Shown one piece after another: positions 26,694 through 35,287 of a stretch of DNA of 64,000 bases; the stretch's first letter is position 1; every line of letters begins with the position of its first letter. The position numbers and the translations under genes are program-made. The DNA comes from Blepharisma stoltei ATCC 30299 (taxonomy: Eukaryota > Protista > Ciliophora): NCBI GenBank assembly GCA_965603825.1, contig CBFDEM010000030.1, forward strand, positions 372,001-436,000, given 5' to 3'. The notes under the pieces were generated by a model. The model saw only the letters and a program-made list of their open reading frames with translations, made no database searches and was not told the origin of the DNA.

Positions 26694-27090
26694 ATAGCAT
26701 TAAGAATTAATTATTTCTTTATTTATTATCTATGCTAGTCTTTATATGCCAAAAGAACTGCCACTTATAAAAGTGGCTATTTTCAATATAATAGCCAGCT
26801 ACTTATTTTACTGTATTATATTCGCAAATATGCCATATCTAAATAATTATTTATAAGGCTTTTCAATTAGTATCGCAAACACTTTCTTCTCTCATATCCA
26901 TACCAGGCTATACTATAAAAATAAAGTAACCTAAAATTAATATCAAAAACAATTAAAAAAATTTTCCATGTTGAAAGATTTCAATAAAAAATTCTTATTC
27001 TGGATAAAAGACTGATAGAATTTCAGATCTAAAATATAGTAATTAAATTGATTTGAAAGCTTCCATTATTATTTTATATCCAACCGTAAT

Positions 27091-27351
27091 ATGGAAAGCA
27101 AGAAGGTTCGGGTATGGATCTGTGGATCTTGAGGTTACTGGAGTAAGGCCAATTTAACCAAACAAGCTTTAGTGCAAGAACTAAACTTATCAGACTCTCA
27201 AATCGAGTGCATGCCAGGTGAGCCAAGACAACTCAAAGTCGACGTTGTTATTGGTGGACAATCCCACACCGTAATCAGCAGAAAAGGAGCAGACTTTTTC
27301 CCAAGACATGCACCAATGGAAATTGTGGAGGCTGTAAGAAAATACTTCTAA
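27091..27351 (+). CDS. SelW/Rdx-family selenoprotein (CxxU), 86 aa
   Basis: MESKKVRVWICGS-TGA-GYWSKA...LKVDVVIGG...VISRKGADFFP...*. Matches the SelW pattern V.V.YCGxUGY and the Rdx C-terminal FP. SECIS-like hairpin directly downstream. Absent from the ORF track. Confidence 0.88.
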
Positions 27352-27361
27352 CTTCTCAATA

Positions 27362-27407
27362 TCTATGTGAAGGGATCACTTAAAGTTTAGTGATTTCTGA
27401 GGATAGA
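27362..27407 (+). promoter_or_regulatory. Eukaryotic SECIS element (GUGA-type)
   Basis: tctat-G-TGAA-gggatcact-tAAAgttt-agtgatttc-TGAG-g-ataga. Helix I (tctat/ataga), tandem GA/GA core, helix II with 9 pairs, unpaired AAA in the apical loop. Confidence 0.8.
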
Positions 27408-27971
27408 GTAAGCTAGATAATCATCATAATTATTCTTTTTTAAAAACTAACTGAGTTTTTATTTAATTATATTGCTCTGGTCAGTTGAAACTATGTGAAG
27501 AAAAATGTCAATAAAAAATATAGTGCAGGAATGAACTGGAAATTATAGCAAAAAATGCCATTTTTCAATTTCATAAAGAGAGGATATCATAAGCAAGGAT
27601 TTCTTTTGAATTAATTTTAATTTGTATAGTATAATAAATGAATATTGAATCTTTACGCATATAGCAAAAAAGTTATGCAAAATTGATTTAAAAGTTATCA
27701 AAACAGTAGTTAGTCTATACAAATAAACGATTTCTCAACGAATCGAGAAGTCAATAAATAAAATTATCATCATTTTCGAGCTAATTAAACTAAAAATTCT
27801 CATAATCAATATACTTAGTTTAATTCATTTAAAGGTAAAGCCCCAAGTCACTCTCTCAATATAAATCCTCATAAAAGCCTAAATATCTTCCAAATCCTTT
27901 ATTCCCCTCAATTATCTCCTCTAAATTTAAAATTAGACTGTTCTCAATAACTAATTCGTGGATTAAATAAA

Positions 27972-28505
27972 ATGGCATTAACTCGAATAGCTGCAGGCTT
28001 TACTCTCTTATTCACTTCCTCCACCTTATCTTCCTCCAACGAAAGAGTCAGTACAGAAGTCAAAGCTCGTGCAACTTTAACAGGGAAACTCGTCTCAGGA
28101 GAAGCTGAATTTTTCCAGCCTCGTTATACATTGAACACTGAAATTTCCATCAAAGCCACTGGACTTAACCCAAATAAGCCACACGGTCTACAAATTCATG
28201 AGGCTGGAAAAGACGGCCAAGTCGCAGAGATTTACAACCCATTTGCGAGAAAGCATGGAGGTCCTTGGAGCACAGAAAGAAAAGTAGGAGATCTAGGAAA
28301 CATCAAGGGAGATGAAAAAGGGGAAGGAGCTTTAAAGGTTTCTGACCCATATGTAAAATTGAGTGGGAAGTTCTCTGTTATTGGAAAAATTCTTGCAATT
28401 CATGAAAATCCAGATGACCTTGGATATGGGAGAAATGATCAAAGTCTTATTGATGGGCAGGCTGGGCCAGCAATCTCAAGTGGAGCCATCAGCCAAGTAA
28501 GCTAA
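27972..28505 (+). CDS. Cu/Zn superoxide dismutase-fold protein with degenerate metal ligands
   Basis: HGLQIHE, KHGGP, VGDLGNI and IHENPDDLG. Several His ligands, the catalytic Arg and the disulfide Cys are replaced. N-terminal targeting-like peptide. Confidence 0.85.
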   Translation: MALTRIAAGFTLLFTSSTLSSSNERVSTEVKARATLTGKLVSGEAEFFQPRYTLNTEISIKATGLNPNKPHGLQIHEAGKDGQVAEIYNPFARKHGGPWSTERKVGDLGNIKGDEKGEGALKVSDPYVKLSGKFSVIGKILAIHENPDDLGYGRNDQSLIDGQAGPAISSGAISQVS

Positions 28506-28531
28506 AAAGTTAGATACTTTTAGATGAAAAA

Positions 28532-29689
28532 TTAGTTAAATGGTTTATAAGAATTTAAAACAGATGATCTTGCAAAGGAATCTTGATCAAGATCACTTTT
28601 CATTAGTTTGCCTGAGTTCATTAAGCTTTGGTATCTTTTGTCGATTTCTTCGACTTCTTTGTCGAGGATTCTCTCTTGGATGCTTGGCTTTTTGGTATGA
28701 TGGGAGTGGGTGTGTGATTTTTTGGGAGGCTTGGAGGAGTCTTCAGACTTTTTCTTGGTTTTTCGATGTTCTCGTTTTTCAGAGAGTTCTTTAAAATATT
28801 GCTCGTTTTGCCGATTCTGCTCGATTAAAACGTCTTTGCTTTCTTCTAGCTGATTTATAGTAGATCTTAGGATTTCAATTTCTCTTCTTAGTTGTTCGAT
28901 TTCTTTTTGCTGGGTGTCTGCTAAGTCTTGTAAAAACTTGTTTTTGTATTCCATTTCTCTCACTTTGTGGCTTTCATATAGAGCTCTGTTTTGCTTTTGC
29001 TTATCTGAGCCTCTACATGCAGAAAGTTCTCTTTGCAATTGAGCTATGAATTTTTGGGCTTCTTCAAGTTCACTTTTAAGCTGATTGTTTTCTACTTCAA
29101 AGCCACTAGTATGTTCTTCATTTTCTTTGACCTCAGTTTTAATTTTATTTATTGTGCTTTCTAGCTTTTGTGTTTTAGAAGACTCATAGTCTAAATCAGT
29201 TTTTAAAACATTTGATTCTTGCTTAACTCTATCAAGCTCTGCTGATATCTGTCTATTTTGATCTTCAAGAAGCAAAATTCTGCGCCCATACCTTTTAATT
29301 TCATCTTCATAATCATATACTTTTTTATTGTTTACTTCAGCTTGTTGCTGAGTTTCTTCTAATTGTCTAATAGTTTCCTCTTTATCTTTTTGCGCTCTTT
29401 CTCTTTCAGCTATAACTTGTCTTTTTAATTGTTGATTTTCCTTATCAAGAGCAGCTACTTTTTCTGTTAAAGCTCTAATGCAATTAGCGACTGCTTTTGA
29501 GTTAGATTTTTTATCTTCTAACATAGAAGATGATTTTAAATCTTGAAGAGGACTTGGGGATGTGTCAAATCTGAAATCAGGACTATAGGAGCTAAATTCT
29601 GGGTTTTGAGAAGACTGCAGCATTTTGCTTTTTGGCGAGATATATTGCTCTTTATATGAATTCATTCCTTTTTCGAATGATTTATCCAT
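28532..29689 (-). CDS. Coiled-coil protein, possibly CEP57-like
   Basis: Long heptad pattern. NSKAVANCIRALTEKVAALDKEN resembles the Cep57 centrosome-localisation segment (weak). Confidence 0.6.
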   Translation of the reverse strand: MDKSFEKGMNSYKEQYISPKSKMLQSSQNPEFSSYSPDFRFDTSPSPLQDLKSSSMLEDKKSNSKAVANCIRALTEKVAALDKENQQLKRQVIAERERAQKDKEETIRQLEETQQQAEVNNKKVYDYEDEIKRYGRRILLLEDQNRQISAELDRVKQESNVLKTDLDYESSKTQKLESTINKIKTEVKENEEHTSGFEVENNQLKSELEEAQKFIAQLQRELSACRGSDKQKQNRALYESHKVREMEYKNKFLQDLADTQQKEIEQLRREIEILRSTINQLEESKDVLIEQNRQNEQYFKELSEKREHRKTKKKSEDSSKPPKKSHTHSHHTKKPSIQERILDKEVEEIDKRYQSLMNSGKLMKSDLDQDSFARSSVLNSYKPFN

Positions 29690-29840
29690 TATATTGAAAT
29701 TCATAATTAAAATGAGCAAATTTTTTGCATATGTTTTGCCATATACTCAATAAATTTTTATTATCTTTAGCAAAGCTATTTCCAATATTATAGATTTATT
29801 ATTTATTTTGTCATAATTATTCTCCTGAGTTGATAAATGT

Positions 29841-30746
29841 ATGAATAAAAGTGAAATGTCTAGGAAGATCAATTCAAAACATAACCATTCGAAGCACAAA
29901 AATATTTCTGCATTTCCAAAGCTACCAAAGCATTTTGCTGAGCAAGTAATCGACCTTGAGTCTGACCTCGACACAAATTGTACCGCCCTTGGTGCATCAA
30001 AATTAGTCGAGCTCTACTCAGTGATTTTTATTTAGGCTGCTGTAGAATATTATGGTTCAATAAAAGACACCCGATATTTGCATTATAAAGAACGCATCCA
30101 GCAATTGCTGGCCAGAGATGATGTAATCAATGTTTTGAACCATAATCAGCCCACAAAGTTGGAGCGCAGCAGAAGTGAAGATCAGCTTCCTAGCAACGAA
30201 TTTGAGCTAGAAGAACTGAAAATTCCGAAATCTGACCAAATAAACTTACATTTTACTTCACCTTTAGCAATTAAAAAAGATGCAGAAGATATAATAAATC
30301 AACATCTCAATACAAGTACCTCTACAAGTGAAAAAATATGTGAAAACCTTAGGAGCCAAGAAGGAAAACATCTAGAGAGAAGATTAAAGCAGAGGAGGGC
30401 CAATAGTCCTCAAATTTTGCATAAATCAAATTTAGCACCTGTAGAAGCTGTTATGAAAATCACTGCAGAGCAAAAGCTTGAAAGATATCAGGATGAGATT
30501 GAAAAAGTAATGGAAAAATATATTGAGGAAAAAATTACAAGAATTCAAGGAATTAAGAGCAAGTATAAAGAGCAAATAAATGAATTAGCTGCAGGAATGA
30601 ATAATGGTAAATGACATATAGAAACTATGGAACTTCTTAGGAATCAGATGGAGCAGGATATGGAAAGTGAGATTAATCTTGTGACAGAACAATTGGATAT
30701 TGAAAGGAAGAAAGAAATTTCACAAATCAAGAAAAAATTCAAATAA
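29841..30746 (+). CDS. Hypothetical coiled-coil protein
   Basis: Intron 30021-30035 joins KLVELYS to AAVEYY. Possible second intron 30607-30621. TAA at 30744. Confidence 0.75.
30021..30035 (+). other. 15-nt spliceosomal intron
   Basis: gtgatttttatttag, with an in-frame TAG at its end. Confidence 0.82.
30607..30621 (+). other. Probable 15-nt intron (no TAA/TAG if retained)
   Basis: gtaaatgacatatag fits the consensus, but retention only adds five codons including a TGA-Trp. Confidence 0.6.
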
Positions 30747-31047
30747 ATATACTTTTAGATAAATAATGCTTCATTTCTGAAAATAATGACTTCTTTTATA
30801 AGATAATTACAGCAAATTCTTTTGGAATGAATAAAAAAAGCGTGTTTAATAATTTTCGATAATAATGCAAATTGACCCTTTAGATAAAACTTTTCTATTT
30901 GAGATCTTTAATTGGAATTGATCTTTTTATTCAAATTTTAGTGAAAATGCAAAATATATGAGCCATAAAAATCACCTTTAATTTATATTCATTCATCATA
31001 ATTTGAAATGTTTTAAGAACTTATATTCAACAAATTATAATAAAAAT

Positions 31048-31500
31048 ATGTCTGTCTTAAATACTGAAGAGCGTGAAGACTGTCAAGATATTTTCAAGCT
31101 TCTTGATTACAACAAAAACCAAGTGATAGAATCTTCAGAACTCGGAAAAGGTTTAAGAGGGCTTGGCTTGAATCCAACAGAAGCTGAAGTTCGGAAGCTG
31201 TTAACTGAATTTGATAAAGATCATAATAACACACTTAGCGAAGAAGAGTTTCGCGGAATTTATAAAAGATGCCTAAGCTCTACATCAGTTACTGAAGATG
31301 AAATAAGAGCTCAATTTAGAAAACTTGACAAAAACGGAGACGGAACACTAGATGCAAGAGAATTAAGAAATATATTGACTACTGGAGATGAGGCATTAAC
31401 AGAAGAAGAGGTGGATCTACTGATAAGAGATTTTGATCGTGATGGGGATGGAGTTCTCAGCATTAAAGAGTTTGTTGATGGTATCTTGAGTCGCGTATAG
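31048..31500 (+). CDS. Calmodulin-like protein (4 EF-hands)
   Basis: DYNKNQVIESSE, DKDHNNTLSEEE, DKNGDGTLDARE and DRDGDGVLSIKE loops; LGLNPTEAE linker. Confidence 0.92.
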   Translation: MSVLNTEEREDCQDIFKLLDYNKNQVIESSELGKGLRGLGLNPTEAEVRKLLTEFDKDHNNTLSEEEFRGIYKRCLSSTSVTEDEIRAQFRKLDKNGDGTLDARELRNILTTGDEALTEEEVDLLIRDFDRDGDGVLSIKEFVDGILSRV

Positions 31501-31649
31501 ACGATGGCTCTTAATACTTAACGTAAATTTAATTATGGAAAATGAATTTATACTAATTTTACTTAACTGAGATCTTGATTTTTAATCAGGTAAAATATGC
31601 ATTAATAATTTAAAATTGTGATTTATTCACTAAAGTAATCAGTTAAAAT

Positions 31650-33404
31650 TTATGACATAAGGGAGCCGTTCTTTTTTCTTGCAGCTGCCTGAGCTCTGCT
31701 CAGCTGCGCAGACAAAGAATCGCACTGTTGTCTGTATTTCAGGGCTTCTTCTTCAGTTGATTTCAAAGCGTTTCTAAGCTCTTCTATTTCGTTATCATTT
31801 CTTATAGGCTCTTCTTGCTTGTTTTCTTCTTGAATATTTTTATTTAATTCCTCATACATTTTCTTAGTTTGGCTATGGCTTTCTTTTTCAGACTCTAATT
31901 CATTTTCAAGCTTTTCCAGCTCCTCTTCAAGACTCCCTATTTTTTTACTTAAAATTGATCTTTGGCCTAGCAATGCTTCATTTTCTTGCTTCAGTTTTGC
32001 AATCTCTTGCTGAGCTGTTTTTTCTTTTCCTAGCTCTTTATTTTGCTCTCTATATATAATTTACTCTAATATCTCATTTTTTTTCTGCATTTCCCCTAAC
32101 GCATTTTTCAGATTTTTAATTTTTTCTTGATATTTTGAAACTTTGGCATTTAAAATCTCCAGCTCTTGAGAAGTAAATTCAATTTGGGTGCTCATTTTCT
32201 TTTCCATCTCTTCATATTTCTCTAGATCCTGCTCTTTTACAATCTTCATTTCCAATTCTTTTTCAGCGCCAATCTGCTTCTCCTTCAGCATTTCGTTTTC
32301 TTTTCTTAAATCTTTTATTTCTTCTTCTTTTTCTTGTACTTTTTTTCTTAATTTTTGTTTATTCACAATTGCTATATTAAGTTCATTTTTGAGCTTTTCA
32401 ATTTCTTCAGACAGTTCTGTTTCTTTGCCGCCTTCATTTTGATAATTGAGCATTGTTTGGTATGCTTCAATAGTTTCTTTCATTTCTCCCTCTAATGCTT
32501 TAAGTTCTCTTTTTTGCCTTTTTTTATCTTTATTTAATTCAAAATTTTCACTTGCCAGATTATTCAACTCATTAAGAGCAATTTCAAGCTCAACTGCATA
32601 GTCAATGCTCGTATTCCTTGGAAGTTCTTGAGAAAACATCCCATCAATTGCTTTAGAGTGTATTAAATAATTCCTCACCGCAAAAGCTCTGACAGTCATC
32701 ACAATTAAATCTCGGTTTTGTCTGGACATACATTGCACTGACATTTTCCTGTTATAAGGTAGCTCTTCAGTCTCATTTATTGCCGCAACACCTTCATTTA
32801 AGATAAAAATCAATTTTTTACTGTCTGAGTGATGAAGGATAATTTTTGGATAGTCGATAGAATAAGAAGTTGAAAACGAATTTCCTGTATCAAGAGTTCC
32901 ATCTCTTTGGTAAACTTCTAATTTAAGCATCGTTTGGTTTATTTCTAATACAGCTTCGTCATTCCTTGCTAAATGGTCTAATAAATCACTAGAGTAGTAT
33001 AAGGTAAATTTGGAGGTACCACTAGATAAAATATATTCCAAGTTTTTCCTTATATTGGGATCTAATGTTAATTGCCCACATACAGCTTCGGCTGTTCCTT
33101 GGCCATCATGAGGATCTACAGGGGAGGCTTCAACTGCTATGCAAGATCCTATATCTTCACATGTAGGCTGATAAGCACTAAATATCAATTACTTGCTAGT
33201 AATTCCTGGGATTAAATAAGTTCTATCTCCTGTTATTCTTTTTCATTTGCATTCCATAAGAATTGGGATATTACTTGCATTTGTGGCTTTTGCTATAAAT
33301 GCTGATATATTAGTTTCTTCGTATTTCACTTCAAGCTCAAAGTTATATGTAAATTCTCCTCTTACTTCAATCTTTTGCTTTGCTTTGAGGAATTTTAAAC
33401 TCAT
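31650..33404 (-). CDS. Ig-like/PH-like (SCAB1/AIR9-type) domain plus long coiled-coil protein
   Basis: ATG 33404; TGA 33243; introns 33178-33192 and 32050-32064. CK(W)KR...IPGITSNAYQPTCEDIG..I.VE resembles SCAB/AIR9 Ig repeats. Confidence 0.7.
32050..32064 (-). other. 15-nt spliceosomal intron
   Basis: gtaaattatatatag, with an in-frame TAA. Confidence 0.85.
33178..33192 (-). other. 15-nt spliceosomal intron
   Basis: gtaattgatatttag, with an in-frame TAA. Confidence 0.85.
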
Positions 33405-33667
33405 TTTTATTTAAGCTTAACAAAATATAAATAATCAATTTAGGAAGAAAAAGACATTTATAAAGTGCCTGTGCTTCTTTAGGATATAATATTAGAAATG
33501 CTGTAATTAATTTTCCCATAGGATTATAATTATTATTTTTAACTAAGTTAATTTTATAATCTTATAATAAATTTTATATTAAAGAATAGAAATTTCATCA
33601 CACAATAGTAAATTTGAGAATCTACTGATATCACTATTTAAAATAAATGTTCTAATTGACGAAACAA

Positions 33668-33988
33668 ATGGTAAATTTCGAGCATGCTTTATTTGGGTGT
33701 TTTAGGGATATTTACAGCTGTTTGATCATATGTTTACTTCCTGGAGGTTATTGCATTTACCAGGGCTTAACAGTTTCTAAAGCAACAGGAGAGCATTGTG
33801 CAGTAGCATGCTGTTGCCCTTTACTTTTATGCTGTGTAGGTGCTGCTGTGAATAGAGGCAAAATTCGGGATAAATATATAATTGGAGGCACTTTTTGCGT
33901 AGACTGCTGGCTTCATTTTTTGTGTGGGCCATGCGCAGCATGCCAAGAATACAGAGAAGTAAACCAAAGGGAGATGCAAGATAATTAA
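33668..33988 (+). CDS. PLAC8-family Cys-rich protein
   Basis: LFGCF.D...C, RGKIRDKY.I.G...DC..H..C.PCAACQEYREV. Confidence 0.9.
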   Translation: MVNFEHALFGCFRDIYSCLIICLLPGGYCIYQGLTVSKATGEHCAVACCCPLLLCCVGAAVNRGKIRDKYIIGGTFCVDCWLHFLCGPCAACQEYREVNQREMQDN

Positions 33989-34025
33989 ATCTCTTATAAG
34001 TATTATTTCAACTTTAATATTTTTA

Positions 34026-35195
34026 ATGGACACAATAGGCATTTTCGGAGCCTCTATTGGTGGAATGGCACCACTTACAGTAATTACACTAAGTGGGGTT
34101 CTCTTAACCAAGCTCGGTATTTTCACAAAACGCACAAATGACACAATATCAAGAGCTTTAGCCAGATTTTTGCTTCCTATCTATTTGTTTTTTAACCTTG
34201 TACAGACAGTCAATCTCAACAAACTCGACGTTTTGTGGCCTAACTTTGTGATGCCAGTAATAGGTGTGCTCCTTTCTTTTATCCCTGCAGTAATCGAAAT
34301 CCTTCTGTTGAAGCATCCTAAGAATTTAAGATATTCCTTTATCTGTCTGATAGGGTTTAGTAACGCAGGGCTATCTTTACTTATTGCTGACGGTAACTGC
34401 AATTCATATGGCCCGCTATCTAAAAAAAAGGAATGCTCAGAAATAGGTGGCTACGTCGCAATCCAGCTGATGGTTTGAAGCTTGATAATATTTACATTTG
34501 GATATGCCTTGATGAATGCTGATTTGATGGAAGCAGAAAAATGCAAGCCTAAAGAAGATCCAAAAGATATGAAAGAGGTCGAAGATAACGATGAAATGGA
34601 AGAAAATGATCCTGAGAAAAATAGTTTGGAAATGGCAAAAACACAGTCAAATTTGGTACAAGTAAAAACAAGCTCATTTAAAAGAGATATGATAAGGATT
34701 TTAACGGGACCAATCCCTGTTTTTTCACTTCTTGGAGTCTTAGTTGGGTTTATCCCTGGGCTGAATGCTGTGTTTTATGACTCTGATGCCCCTTTACTTC
34801 CAGTCGCCGAAACAGGATTAGTAATTGGAAAAGCAGGAATCGTTATTGGACAAATGATTCTTGGTAGCAACTTAGTTCTATCAGCTAGAGCTAAAGTATC
34901 ATTATCCAAGCCTTTAATTTACTCCACCATTCTAGTCAGAAATATCATAATCCCTGCAATTGCTTTAGGGACCACATATATCTTTTGGGTTCTAAAAGCA
35001 TTTGGTGACGACGTTGTGATGGCTTTTATTTTCGCAATCAATTTTGCAGCTCCTCCATCAATTTCAGTATTAGTTTTATCACAAATTTTTAATAACGGAA
35101 TTCAAGAAGTGACAATGCTAATTTTATGGACATATGTGACTGGAGTCTTCACCTTGACAATATTTTCATACCTATTTTTCACAGTTTTCTTGTAA
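34026..35195 (+). CDS. Auxin-efflux-carrier/PILS-like membrane transporter
   Basis: Two blocks of about 5 TM helices around an acidic loop; FSNAG, MILGSNL and AAPP motifs; TGA 34476. Confidence 0.82.
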
Positions 35196-35287
35196 AACAG
35201 AACATTAAGTAATTCAGTATTCTATAGTAATTTTTATAGCAGAGCGTTATAAATAAATTATTTTATTTTAAGAAGAAGTTAAATTAG

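Noticed and set aside
26760-26777. Hairpin GCCACTT-ATAA-AAGTGGC downstream of midasin
   Set aside because: A single 7-bp stem without SECIS core or other support; plausible by chance.
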